A stretch of 64,000 nucleotides of DNA from a virus (taxonomy: Duplodnaviria > Heunggongvirae > Uroviricota > Caudoviricetes), in IMG/VR virus record IMGVR_UViG_3300035498_002028; one strand, given 5' to 3'. Numbering within the stretch: the stretch's first letter is position 1; each line of letters starts with the position of its first letter. Below, piece after piece: positions 1 through 10,135 of this stretch. The notes under the pieces were generated by a model that saw only the letters and a list, made by a program, of their open reading frames with translations, was not told where the DNA came from and did not search any database. Both the position numbers and the translations under genes were made by a program.

Positions 1-408
1 ATTGAATTCTGATACATCATCAATTGTAACCAAGCTAGTTAATATATCCTGTGCTTCATCAACCATTGCTTGAGTTACTTTATTTGATGAAATAGTATAG
101 TTTTCGCTAATAGCTTGTTTTGCCATCATCTGCAATCTTTCTACAATATCGGAAATGACTTTATTTTCTATTTCTTTGTATTCAGACTTAGATGGCTTTT
201 CAATTTGAATCAAATCTTCTACTAAATCGCTCTGGTCAACATATCCTTTGCGAATTTTTTCATTATACTTAGAATCCCATTGGCTCATAGGATATTCACG
301 GCGTTGTGGATTGCTGCCTACACGTCCGTATTCAGCAGTCCACGTATTGCCGTGAGGTATCATTTTATAATATTTATTATGGTTATTTGGCGTAACCATA
401 ACTAACAT
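1..408 (-). CDS. WGR-domain protein, N-terminal part; the gene runs off the window start
   Basis: Minus-strand reading frame stays open to position 1. Translation gives MLVMVTPNNHNKYYKMIPHGNTWTAEYGRVGSNPQRREY..., which has the W..YGR.G WGR signature. Start at 408 is tentative. Confidence 0.5.
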   Translation of the reverse strand, partial: MLVMVTPNNHNKYYKMIPHGNTWTAEYGRVGSNPQRREYPMSQWDSKYNEKIRKGYVDQSDLVEDLIQIEKPSKSEYKEIENKVISDIVERLQMMAKQAISENYTISSNKVTQAMVDEAQDILTSLVTIDDVSEFN

Positions 409-421
409 TTTCGGTTTTATA

Positions 422-790
422 TTATGCATATTTCCACTTGAACCTCCTTGTAACTTTTTTGTTATTTTTACAAGCCTGTGAAATTTCTTGTGCTGGTATG
501 CCAGTATTTTCGCTAGCACTTTTTATAGAATCATATCTACAAATAACATTATTATTTAATGACAACTTATAAACAGGTTTTTCATTTCTTGTATAAATTA
601 TATCGAATGGTTTTGTACCATTAAGATGTTCCTTAATGCTATTAGGATTATCAATAAATTTATATGACCAAAAATACCCACCTGCACCTTTATTCGCATT
701 TCTACAACAAGCACAAATATTCCCATGATTTATCCCGGTTTCTTTTGAAGCCAATTTAACTGAACTGAACTTCTTAAATAAAAACACCAT
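422..790 (-). CDS. NUMOD-type DNA-binding C-terminal half of the GIY-YIG homing endonuclease (separate frame)
   Basis: Two repeats of the S.K.AS.ETGI....I..AC helix-turn-helix motif typical of I-TevI-like endonuclease tails. Overlaps the upstream ORF by 17 nt; a 1-nt change in the T5 run would fuse the two. Confidence 0.6.
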   Translation of the reverse strand: MVFLFKKFSSVKLASKETGINHGNICACCRNANKGAGGYFWSYKFIDNPNSIKEHLNGTKPFDIIYTRNEKPVYKLSLNNNVICRYDSIKSASENTGIPAQEISQACKNNKKVTRRFKWKYA

Positions 791-1298
791 CTAAGTTGTA
801 TTGATAAACTTCTTTGCACTTTTCGATGGACATTTTCTTTCTTGTATCATCACTAAACTGTTTGTTTTTATTTGAATTACTCATTTTTATTTTTGTTTCT
901 TTTGATGGGAAGTGATTATATCCAACAGAATTTATCCCTTGCCTATTACAAGACAATAACTTGCGTTTTTCATCTGGCATCTTATAACCATATGCACCCT
1001 CTCCACCTTTTGTTAAATTATACCCATACTGTGGATTGTTTGATTTATAAAACTCAATGTAATACTTTTCTTTATTTATTGCTTCATCAAACGATAAGTT
1101 ATCTTCTAAAATATCATGTTTAATATTATCCCATCCATATTTTTGTATGGCGCGATAAAAGTATGGAGAACCAACATAATATTGACCATTAGTTCCCCAT
1201 CTTTTATTCACTTTTCTTGAAGTAATTCCTATATAAGATTTACCAGATGGTGTAGTATGGATATATACCTTCCATGTAGTTTTATCTTTATAAGACAT
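774..1298 (-). CDS. GIY-YIG homing endonuclease, catalytic N-terminal domain; frameshifted from its DNA-binding part
   Basis: VYIHTTPSGKSYIGIT ... YGYNLTKGGEG are GIY-YIG motifs. ORF ends in a T5 run (gtttttatttaa) where the next ORF begins in the +1 frame. Confidence 0.75.
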   Translation of the reverse strand: MSYKDKTTWKVYIHTTPSGKSYIGITSRKVNKRWGTNGQYYVGSPYFYRAIQKYGWDNIKHDILEDNLSFDEAINKEKYYIEFYKSNNPQYGYNLTKGGEGAYGYKMPDEKRKLLSCNRQGINSVGYNHFPSKETKIKMSNSNKNKQFSDDTRKKMSIEKCKEVYQYNLDGVFI

Positions 1299-1311
1299 AT
1301 TTATTCACTTC

Positions 1312-1749
1312 TTATAATACATATACTGTAATCTCAATATCTGTATCTTCAAATACATCTTCGATAACTTCTTTCACCTGCTCCCAATCCAACTTATCTA
1401 ATCCTGCGCCAATTCTAGGCATTGCAAGTTTAGTAATATCATTCTCCACACAGAAGTCTCTCATATCAACTAAAGTATCATATAATACATCATATGTTGG
1501 TTTATGGAAGCATCTAGGCTTAGTAACTAAATTAAATACATTATCAACTAATAATGCAGAGCCAACATTTGCGTATTTCTGACCATTCGGAATTGGATAA
1601 TCTCTGTGTAACTTGAAACGCATATCGTATACCTCTGTAAACTTCTTTGCGATTCCTGCACCAAGCGCATAATCGCCACTAATACAATGTGCTAAATAGC
1701 ATCCCTGTGGAGCATTAAATAAATCTCCATGTACTTCATTAAATGTCAT
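1312..1749 (-). CDS. Macro-domain protein (ADP-ribose binding/hydrolase)
   Basis: GDLF...AHCISGD..LGAGIAKKF...MPRIGAGLD are macro-domain motifs. Confidence 0.75.
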   Translation of the reverse strand: MTFNEVHGDLFNAPQGCYLAHCISGDYALGAGIAKKFTEVYDMRFKLHRDYPIPNGQKYANVGSALLVDNVFNLVTKPRCFHKPTYDVLYDTLVDMRDFCVENDITKLAMPRIGAGLDKLDWEQVKEVIEDVFEDTDIEITVYVL

Positions 1750-1767
1750 ATTTCTTTTCCTCCATTT

Positions 1768-2076
1768 TTAATAACTTGCCATATATTTAACGCCAGGAAT
1801 AACAAATGGTAATCCGAAAACTACCTCATGTTGTTCTTTTGTGGCTGGCAAACCTAATTCAATGGCTTCAATAAGCCACTCAAATTGAGATTCAATAGTT
1901 GCATTAACACCAATACTTTTTACAAAACCACCCTCGCCATAAAAGTTGTTGAATACTTCTGCTAAAATTGGTTTTCCATAAATAGCGTTTTTGTATGCTA
2001 ATTTTTCATTTTCTGCTTCTACGATATATGCGTTTACATAATGACCGTAGAATTTTACTGCTAAGTATCTTTTCAT
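1768..2076 (-). CDS. hypothetical protein
   Basis: 102-aa ORF packed tightly in the minus-strand operon. Confidence 0.5.
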   Translation of the reverse strand: MKRYLAVKFYGHYVNAYIVEAENEKLAYKNAIYGKPILAEVFNNFYGEGGFVKSIGVNATIESQFEWLIEAIELGLPATKEQHEVVFGLPFVIPGVKYMASY

Positions 2077-2606
2077 TTGACCACGTTCCTCAAGTAATAT
2101 TGTAATACACCATATATATAAATCGGTGTATATGACTTATCTGGCAGAAATACAATTCTTAAATCATATTTATGGTCAAAGCTATGAATACTGCCAAGAA
2201 AACTTTTTGAGTTATATTGGCTGTCATAGCTACCATTTACAATGTCTTGGTAATTGCAATTTTCTACAATAAGATATTTCTTTGCGTCCTTTGCCTTAAT
2301 GAATTCTTCTTCAAATCGCGCCCTTGTTCTTGTAAGGCATAATGATAATTCTTCTGCGCTATTTTTGCGTTCAAGTATTATTTCCTTTTCAAAACTCATA
2401 TCCCTTGGTATTGATAATGTTTCATCTGCTGGAATATAGAAACTGTAATCTCCATATTCCAGCGCCACAACCTTATAAGGTATTTTGTGTTTATCAAAGT
2501 AATCAGTGATATGCTGATTCTTCTTTTCTCTACTATCAATAAGGACAACCATTGATTTCATAAGGCGTTTTTGTTCTTCCTCTGAGTATTTCAATCGTTC
2601 TAGCAT
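2073..2606 (-). CDS. ERCC4/XPF-type nuclease
   Basis: VVLIDSREKK...ALEYGDY matches the ERCC4 ERK...GDY nuclease motif. Confidence 0.55.
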   Translation of the reverse strand: MLERLKYSEEEQKRLMKSMVVLIDSREKKNQHITDYFDKHKIPYKVVALEYGDYSFYIPADETLSIPRDMSFEKEIILERKNSAEELSLCLTRTRARFEEEFIKAKDAKKYLIVENCNYQDIVNGSYDSQYNSKSFLGSIHSFDHKYDLRIVFLPDKSYTPIYIYGVLQYYLRNVVK

Positions 2607-5600
2607 CAGATATTTTCTACTTTCTTATAATTTGTTATCCATAGTTCCATAATGCCAGGTAAAGGCTCATAATCACCATTTTCGGTTCTTCTTAGCTTTG
2701 GTTTGTATTTTGATGACATAATTCTTACTACATCGCCGGATTTTAATTTACATTTATTGAACGACCTTTTATCAATTTTGCAATCAATAACTGTACCATT
2801 TTTTAATGAGTACATTTTTAATCTAGGCGCATATTTTGTATCTACATCAATAACAGCCGCCATTCCAGAATATTGGTCATCCATTATATCCAAATATCCA
2901 AGGTGAGTAATTTGTGATGCAATTCTATCTTTTAGGCTACGCTTTGTTGTCTTTAAATGAGGGGCAGCTGCAATCATAAACTCTTTTGTATTTACCTTAG
3001 TAAACATCTTTTCGGTTTCTTTTTCAGCAAATGGTCTAATAAGTTCTTCTGGAACGCCCAATTCTTCTAATTTTGTTTTTTTGAATTGTACTTTACCATC
3101 AAAGTTTTCAAACAAATCAAACTGTGCGATTAAGTTATTTGCATCCCCAAATTCCTCAAAAAAATCTAATTCAATAAGAATTTTGATTTGTCTTGAATTG
3201 ATTGATGTATGATGTCTTAAATCATAAACCAATTCAATAAAGTTTCTGTATTGGTTATTGCGTAAATTGTACATTTCATCTGCTACCGCTGCGTTCATAA
3301 ACTTAATTGAAGAAATACCTTTGAATATTTGATTTGTTTCTTTATCAAAGCTATATTTAGCAATAGAATGTCGGAACTTAATTGGAGATATTTTGATACC
3401 TCTTTTTTTTGCATAATCAATAATTGCCAAACTTTTTTCTTCTTTACCTTCAAATATATTAAGTGCAGTTGTGATGAATTCTAAAGGATAATGATATCTT
3501 AAATATCCACAAATATAGCCAATCCATGAATATGGGTCTGAGTGATTCTTTGAAAATAGGTAATCACTTGCATCAATAATAACTTGCAAGAAATTGACAA
3601 TTATTTTTTCGGATTCTTCTCTTGAAACTCCATAATCATCTTTCATCGTTTGAATAAAGCCTTTTATGTAATGACCGTTTACAGGTTCACCATTTTTACC
3701 TAGCATATATCCACCATCTTTAATGATTGGTATATCATCTTCTGTTCCTGTTTTTTTACTAAAATGTCTGCGGACTATATCAGCTTCGCCCATTGTAAAC
3801 CCACAGAATTTATGTAAAAATTCAATGATTTGTTCTTGATAAACCAAATATCCAAGGGTAGAAGCAAGGAAATTATTTAAAGCATCATTTCCATTATCTC
3901 TATATATACCTTGAGATAACAAATCTCTGTATGATTCACCAGCTGGTCTAATAGCTCCATTGCCTATGGATAATAAATCAATATATGAGAAATCTGGATT
4001 CTTTGCTTTGATTTTTTGAATAGTAGAATCACTAAACAACTGCTTTAAATAAGCCGTTGCACTTTGCGATTCCCATTGAAATATCATTGTTGTATCTTCC
4101 TTGATACTATTCCATACTTCCTCATCATCGACAGGTGTATTATCTGGTGTTAAAAATGGAATCCCGGCAGCATCACACGTTTTATAAATAAGTCCTATAT
4201 TATCAAGACCGAGAATATCCAACTTAACAAAGTTTAATGAATCTATTTCCTTCATATTAAGAAGAGAAATAGGGTATTCATCTGTTGAAGTTGTAAATGT
4301 GCCAAACCACTCATCGACCGGATATGGTGATACAACACATCCGGCTGGATGATTGCCGACAGATACAACTACTCCATTTACCAAATCAACATATTTAAAC
4401 AATTTCTTATATTTTGTTCTCAGTCCATCTTCGTTGATTTCAACTTCGTCACATATTCTTGTGACTTCATCAAGTGGTATGTCTAATGCTCTGCCGATAT
4501 CTCTTATCGCGCCTTTCATCGCAATTGTATTGAATGTGACAATATCACAGCAATACAATCCTTCTTTTTCGTATAAATAATCTTTAACGATTTTTCTATC
4601 CTCAGACAACCAATCCGTATCAACATCCGCAAGTGAAACTCTTTCTTTATTCATAAACCTTTCAAAGTTTAGATTGTATTTTATACTATCAACTTCTGTG
4701 ATTCCAAGTATATATGCAATAATACTTCCGGATACTGAACCACGGCTATATCCAAACTTTACATTTCTTCTGCGCATTTCAGATTTATAATTCTCTTCAA
4801 GCAACATAAAATCTATTGCGCCATTATGTTTATATGTGTCATATTCATAGTGAATTCTGTCAACATATTCCTGGTAATTTGGATATTTCATGATACCACG
4901 CCTTATGACACCTTCATTGATTTTTTGCTTAAATACCGCTTCTGAATCATCATATAACTTTGGATATTTAGAATTGTAATCAAGATGGAATTCTTCGACC
5001 ATGCTCGCCATTTCAAGACTATTACCCATCGCCCTATATACAATATCCATAGGCAAAGATTTTTGCTTTTCATATGCTTCTACAAGTTGTCTTGGAGTTT
5101 TGAAGGTTAAGTCCCAAGTGTCCTCATTTTCAAAATGAACGCCTTTTGCTTTTTGTAACATTGCTCGTCCATCCATATGCACATCATTTAATGCGTGAGT
5201 ATCTGTACCTGTAATAAGTTGTATGCCTGTATTTTTACTTATTTCATATAAATATTGGTTATACTCGATTTGCTCTTTACAATTATGGTGCTGAATTTCT
5301 AACCAACATCTATGTTTATTATGAGTTAAGAACGCAAGCATTTTCTCTTTTGCTTCGTCCGAACCATTGTTTAACACACCACCAAGACACGCCGTTGTAA
5401 TAAGAATATTATCTGAGGTTGCAAACAATTCATCAAACGATATACGTGGATAATAATAAAAGTGGTTATCATCTCTACAATATGATTTCGACACAAGCCT
5501 ATTAAGTTCTTTAACACCCTCATAGTTTTTTGCACCAAGCCAACAGTGGTAATTATCTCTTACTTTTTTATCAAGCGTTTCGGTAAGATATGCTTCAATA

Positions 5601-5812
5601 CAATGTACATATTTCATTCCGGCAGCTTCTATGGCTTCTTTTTTATGAACCCATTCAAAAATATTTCCATGTTCGCTAATGCCGAGGGCTGTCATGCCGC
5701 ACTCTTTGGCGGCTTTGACATAATCCCTAAAATTGGTGATACTATCAATATTTGTGGTTCCGTTGCTTAACATACTATGCATATGATATGGAAAATACAT
5801 TGGAACATTCAT
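2606..5812 (-). CDS. DNA polymerase III alpha-like replicative polymerase with N-terminal PHP domain
   Basis: 1068 aa. N-terminus has PHP histidine motifs (YHMHSMLS...ISEHGN); size and layout match the DnaE/PolC family; adjacent to primase and helicase. Confidence 0.8.
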   Translation of the reverse strand: MNVPMYFPYHMHSMLSNGTTNIDSITNFRDYVKAAKECGMTALGISEHGNIFEWVHKKEAIEAAGMKYVHCIEAYLTETLDKKVRDNYHCWLGAKNYEGVKELNRLVSKSYCRDDNHFYYYPRISFDELFATSDNILITTACLGGVLNNGSDEAKEKMLAFLTHNKHRCWLEIQHHNCKEQIEYNQYLYEISKNTGIQLITGTDTHALNDVHMDGRAMLQKAKGVHFENEDTWDLTFKTPRQLVEAYEKQKSLPMDIVYRAMGNSLEMASMVEEFHLDYNSKYPKLYDDSEAVFKQKINEGVIRRGIMKYPNYQEYVDRIHYEYDTYKHNGAIDFMLLEENYKSEMRRRNVKFGYSRGSVSGSIIAYILGITEVDSIKYNLNFERFMNKERVSLADVDTDWLSEDRKIVKDYLYEKEGLYCCDIVTFNTIAMKGAIRDIGRALDIPLDEVTRICDEVEINEDGLRTKYKKLFKYVDLVNGVVVSVGNHPAGCVVSPYPVDEWFGTFTTSTDEYPISLLNMKEIDSLNFVKLDILGLDNIGLIYKTCDAAGIPFLTPDNTPVDDEEVWNSIKEDTTMIFQWESQSATAYLKQLFSDSTIQKIKAKNPDFSYIDLLSIGNGAIRPAGESYRDLLSQGIYRDNGNDALNNFLASTLGYLVYQEQIIEFLHKFCGFTMGEADIVRRHFSKKTGTEDDIPIIKDGGYMLGKNGEPVNGHYIKGFIQTMKDDYGVSREESEKIIVNFLQVIIDASDYLFSKNHSDPYSWIGYICGYLRYHYPLEFITTALNIFEGKEEKSLAIIDYAKKRGIKISPIKFRHSIAKYSFDKETNQIFKGISSIKFMNAAVADEMYNLRNNQYRNFIELVYDLRHHTSINSRQIKILIELDFFEEFGDANNLIAQFDLFENFDGKVQFKKTKLEELGVPEELIRPFAEKETEKMFTKVNTKEFMIAAAPHLKTTKRSLKDRIASQITHLGYLDIMDDQYSGMAAVIDVDTKYAPRLKMYSLKNGTVIDCKIDKRSFNKCKLKSGDVVRIMSSKYKPKLRRTENGDYEPLPGIMELWITNYKKVENI

Positions 5813-6619
5813 TTAATCACCTTCTTTGAATTTTTTATACTCACAACAATTTCTGAAATCGCATAATGTTGAGCAATAGAAAAAATCTTGAGTTGCTTCA
5901 AATTCGCTTTCCTTTTCGATTGTGTGAATTGTTTCAGAAAACCATTTCATTGCTGCATCATATTCTTTTTTATCAAAAGAAATAGTTGCCAATTTTCCTT
6001 CTTTGAAGTGATTCCATGTAATCTGAGTAGGAAAATCTCCGAACATTTCTTTGACTGCATGGCAATATAAATACATCTGCTTTTTATAAGATTCAAAGCT
6101 CTCTTTTGATTTTGCTAAAATTTCGCCATTCTTTTTTAATGGATATGCAGCCGATTTATGGTCAATTAACCAAATCTCGCCAGTTTTCTTGTTCTTCAAC
6201 AATAAATCAATAAATCCAATAAAATCATATCCATCAATAGTGAGTTTTGTTTCAAGCTCAACGCCAAGTATGTCATAATCTCTTAACCATTCAAAATCAA
6301 CCATTGCAAAATAATCAGCACATGCTTCATATGTTTTATCCATAGTTGATTGTTTAACTTTATAACATACAGCTTCATCGAAATGGTCTGCATAATACTG
6401 CGGAGCTTCATCTATAGTCAACTCGCCGTTAAAAATCATGGCGAGAATTTCATGTACAAATGAACCAACCTCGGCGTAATAATTACCTTCTGCGAGATAA
6501 GCATTATCGTCATTGATGATGTACTTTAAATAAAAAGCATATTTACAATGCTCAAAGCAGCTAAGCCTAGAATAAGACCAGCGCATTTTGTCAATCTCGT
6601 TTTTTACTTCTTCATCCAA
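5813..6619 (-). CDS. PD-(D/E)XK nuclease with C-terminal Cys cluster (Cas4/RecB-like exonuclease)
   Basis: IDHK...YLY core and C-terminal C..CDFRNCCEYKK four-Cys motif typical of Cas4/AddB-type Fe-S nucleases. Confidence 0.65.
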   Translation of the reverse strand: MDEEVKNEIDKMRWSYSRLSCFEHCKYAFYLKYIINDDNAYLAEGNYYAEVGSFVHEILAMIFNGELTIDEAPQYYADHFDEAVCYKVKQSTMDKTYEACADYFAMVDFEWLRDYDILGVELETKLTIDGYDFIGFIDLLLKNKKTGEIWLIDHKSAAYPLKKNGEILAKSKESFESYKKQMYLYCHAVKEMFGDFPTQITWNHFKEGKLATISFDKKEYDAAMKWFSETIHTIEKESEFEATQDFFYCSTLCDFRNCCEYKKFKEGD

Positions 6620-6631
6620 TCTATTCCCTCC

Positions 6632-7657
6632 TTAAACTACTTTCCGTTTAGAATGATAAAGTTCATTCCATATATCTTCACCCTTATCGACAGGCGCGTT
6701 TTTGGTTTCTGCGCCGCCTAACAATAAGTCTCTATCTTCTATGACATAAACATTTGTAACTCTTTTGAGCTTATCTATGTCTTTTTTTACATCATTTTGC
6801 CAATAGTTGATATCAGCGTCATATGCAAAAACAATATTTACATGCATCTTTACAAGCAATCTAATTTGCTCGTCTGTAAGTGTGTGCTTTTCGGCTGACA
6901 CACAATTTTTATATCCCCAACCAAATGCTTTCATGACTGATTTGACGGATTCAAAAATGATTATTTCATTTTTTTGCCGGATATATGGCAATGTAATATT
7001 TAATCCTTGAAAATAATCCATAACACCTATTTGAAAGTAATTGATATACTTAGGGATTTTCATTTGTTTGTAGTTTGGATATCTAGTGCGGGCTTTAATA
7101 TTGATTAAATTTCCATATATATCGTAAACAGGATATACAATACGATTAGTCCAGTTATCAATCCTTACACCAAATAAATCCATAACTTCTGGTTCAATGC
7201 CTTCGTCAATCCATTCTGTGACTTCTTCTTTTGAATACTTTTCTATTTCCGTGTTATCCAAAATTCTGTGTTCGTATTTAGCTTTATTTGTACCACTAAA
7301 CATAGTCTTAATACGTTTCAAAAATGACATTGTTTGTGACCTGCACATTTTGCTCATATCTATATTTGCCAATTCAGCAGCTTTCTTTACTGCATCCTCG
7401 AAACATAATCCTTCGTAATCCATAAGATATCCGATGATGCCACCAGATTTTCCACATGAAAAACAATAGTATGAATTTTTAGCAGGAGTTATGGAAAAAG
7501 AGGGAGTATTATCTACATGTAACGGACATCGCCCAAAATAATCGTTCCCTCTCCTTTCCATATCAATCGTTTGGCTAACATATTCTAATAGGTCAACATT
7601 GGCATTGATTTCTTGTAACATTTCGTCATCAAACGTTGTCTGCATATCAAAACCCAC
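6632..7657 (-). CDS. DNA primase (DnaG-like, CHC2 zinc finger plus TOPRIM)
   Basis: CPLHVDNTPSFSI...YYCFSCGKSGG is the CHC2 primase zinc finger. Confidence 0.8.
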   Translation of the reverse strand: MGFDMQTTFDDEMLQEINANVDLLEYVSQTIDMERRGNDYFGRCPLHVDNTPSFSITPAKNSYYCFSCGKSGGIIGYLMDYEGLCFEDAVKKAAELANIDMSKMCRSQTMSFLKRIKTMFSGTNKAKYEHRILDNTEIEKYSKEEVTEWIDEGIEPEVMDLFGVRIDNWTNRIVYPVYDIYGNLINIKARTRYPNYKQMKIPKYINYFQIGVMDYFQGLNITLPYIRQKNEIIIFESVKSVMKAFGWGYKNCVSAEKHTLTDEQIRLLVKMHVNIVFAYDADINYWQNDVKKDIDKLKRVTNVYVIEDRDLLLGGAETKNAPVDKGEDIWNELYHSKRKVV

Positions 7658-7661
7658 CTAT

Positions 7662-9005
7662 TTAAAATTCGTTGCTTCTTTCGTGTTGCTCTGCTTCAAC
7701 AATTGTCATTTTGTCACCATCAAAAATAAAGTCGATATAATCTTCTTCATCATCTTCTTGCATTTGTTTACCCAAACGGTTTACATATATCTTTGCAAAA
7801 GCATTGCCACATTGTAATCCATCTTTAGCAATCATCTCTTGAGTTTTATATTCCCACTTGATTCCGACTGAAAGATATCTGTTAATTTTGATACTGTCGG
7901 CAACTTCACCATTTCTGTTTAACTGACATGCTGCTAGAACAGCCAAGTCAAGTTCGCCAGCAATATTATTTTTCAAAAAGTCGCATTTTGCACCAAGTAC
8001 ATTATAGTTATCGCCTGTAGAAGTCTCATTACTTTTTAGGTAATCATACACAACAAATGTAAGCCCTATCTTATGCTTTAACATTTTGCAGAGAGAATAT
8101 AACTTTTCGTCTGACATGTTTGGCTCATAAATATGAATGAACGGTTGTTGCTTTAACCAATCAATCCAATTCTTGATATTATTGGATTCTTCATCAGAAT
8201 AATTACCGTTTTTAATTCTTTTTAAATCAACTCCGGAAAGATGTGAAATAAGTCTTTCAGTATAAAGTCTTGTAGGCATTTCGCTGTCAACAACGAGTGT
8301 TGGTACACCATTCTTTAACTTATGGACAACTTCATTCATTAGGAAAACTGATTTTCCTTGCTTATATTTAGCCTGGATTACAACAAGTTCTCCATTTTCA
8401 TATGTAAAATACTCACTGAACGTATTGAACTTTGAGGGTATTCCATACATGCCATTATCGGTTCTTCTGCTAACGATTTCTTCCCAAATAGAATCAATTT
8501 CTTCTCCAAGAGTATGAACCTCTGTTGTTGTTATATATTTTTGAGTTAAATCATCTAACTCGTCATATACTATATTGCTTAACCTATCTAAACCGTAATC
8601 TACATTGAAGCACTCAGCTGATAGCTTATTAAGAGATTTCACAAGGTCACGCTTGAATGCCAAGGTTACAATGTTCTGAGCGAGCATTTTATATTCTTCT
8701 ATGGTGTGCCTGGCTGTTTCCTTGTATAATTCCATAAATTCTTGCACAGCTGGAAGGTTATACTTTTCTATGGTTCTTTGTACACCATGATGACTTTGAA
8801 GTTTGTTCGATATATTGTAAGCATCAATGTTTGTAATGCCTTCTTTATAAAGTTCTTGTATCGCCCAATAAATACATGCATTTTCTACACCGTAAAAATA
8901 TCCGGGTTTCAGATAGTCAGTATGCAAAACAAAGTCTGGGTGATAAATGAGTGTCCCAATAACTCCACTTTCTGATTGAATGTCTGAAAGTTCATTGATA
9001 TTCAT
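7662..9005 (-). CDS. DnaB-family replicative helicase
   Basis: 447 aa with DnaB-like N-terminal domain and a RecA-fold C-terminal domain (KYKQGKSVF P-loop-like); downstream of primase. Confidence 0.75.
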   Translation of the reverse strand: MNINELSDIQSESGVIGTLIYHPDFVLHTDYLKPGYFYGVENACIYWAIQELYKEGITNIDAYNISNKLQSHHGVQRTIEKYNLPAVQEFMELYKETARHTIEEYKMLAQNIVTLAFKRDLVKSLNKLSAECFNVDYGLDRLSNIVYDELDDLTQKYITTTEVHTLGEEIDSIWEEIVSRRTDNGMYGIPSKFNTFSEYFTYENGELVVIQAKYKQGKSVFLMNEVVHKLKNGVPTLVVDSEMPTRLYTERLISHLSGVDLKRIKNGNYSDEESNNIKNWIDWLKQQPFIHIYEPNMSDEKLYSLCKMLKHKIGLTFVVYDYLKSNETSTGDNYNVLGAKCDFLKNNIAGELDLAVLAACQLNRNGEVADSIKINRYLSVGIKWEYKTQEMIAKDGLQCGNAFAKIYVNRLGKQMQEDDEEDYIDFIFDGDKMTIVEAEQHERSNEF

Positions 9006-9488
9006 TTACTTACCCCCTAAAATGCTACTAAATCCACTTGGTTTTTTGTAAACAGAAAATTTGGGTTCCGCATTATCGTCCTGTTTTGCTGTAAATGTTA
9101 CCTTAGAAATTGCCCTTGTTTTACTCTTTGCATAAGCGTCTTTGATACGCTGATTTCCTAAAACATATTTAATTCCAGGTGGGTGTTGTAATTTACATGA
9201 ATCCGGATGATTGATACAATATTGAATTGCAAAAACTATATATTCAGATGAAACATGGTCTTTAAAAATCAACCGATTTAATATATTCGTTAGTTGCGCA
9301 TATACTACTAAGCTATCAATGTGGTCATGCCATAATGTTTTGATATATTGAATATCACACTTTGTTTGGTAACAATCTTTGTGATAGTAAGCACTGCCTT
9401 CCTTTTCAAAAGCATCATTCTCTATATCTATGGTTGTATCACTATGCAGGCAATGTGAGTATCTGCACTTTCTTGTTTGCTTAGCCAT
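9006..9488 (-). CDS. hypothetical Cys-rich protein
   Basis: 160 aa with multiple C/H pairs (CRYSHCLH...HKDCYQTKC). Confidence 0.5.
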   Translation of the reverse strand: MAKQTRKCRYSHCLHSDTTIDIENDAFEKEGSAYYHKDCYQTKCDIQYIKTLWHDHIDSLVVYAQLTNILNRLIFKDHVSSEYIVFAIQYCINHPDSCKLQHPPGIKYVLGNQRIKDAYAKSKTRAISKVTFTAKQDDNAEPKFSVYKKPSGFSSILGGK

Positions 9489-10105
9489 TATTCTTCCTCT
9501 TCTAATAAATATGTTGATTCAAGGTCAGCTTCATGAAGTGCCAAAATCAAAGGATATTTTTCAATCGCAGCTGTAAGAGTATTCCATGATTCTTTGGGTT
9601 CAGTAAATCCCATATGCCATCTAATTGCATATCGCTCAATTGGCTTCAATTTAATAAACTCTTCAATCATCATTACCGACTTTTCTCCATGTCCGTAAGG
9701 AATCTTGTCATCCACAACATAGCTTGGGACTGTTTCCCAATCAAATCTGCCATTACTATCGCTCTTCTTGCCATGGTCGCTATATATTTTCTTGTTCTTT
9801 AACTCTGTGCCATAAAAATAGGATTTACAGATATCATGAAGAAGGGCAGAGATAATTAAGCTCTCACGCCCTGTTTCATTTAAGATATCAGCCCATATTG
9901 GATTATGGAGTTTATTAAACAAGCAATTAGCGACATTAAGACTATGTTCGAGCAATCCACCCTCATGGCAAGAATGAAATCTTGTACTCGCTGGTGCTGT
10001 GTAAAAATCAGACTTACGAATGAACTCTAAAAGACTGTCCATACCTTCTCTATCAACACTTTTTAGCAATTCTTCATACTGCTCTATTTTTGTCTGTTCT
10101 GCCAT
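9488..10105 (-). CDS. HD-domain phosphohydrolase
   Basis: HSCHEGGLLEHSLNV ... LLHDICK are HD motifs. Confidence 0.7.
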   Translation of the reverse strand: MAEQTKIEQYEELLKSVDREGMDSLLEFIRKSDFYTAPASTRFHSCHEGGLLEHSLNVANCLFNKLHNPIWADILNETGRESLIISALLHDICKSYFYGTELKNKKIYSDHGKKSDSNGRFDWETVPSYVVDDKIPYGHGEKSVMMIEEFIKLKPIERYAIRWHMGFTEPKESWNTLTAAIEKYPLILALHEADLESTYLLEEEE

Positions 10106-10135
10106 ATTGCTACTCCTTAACTTTTGATATTGTCA

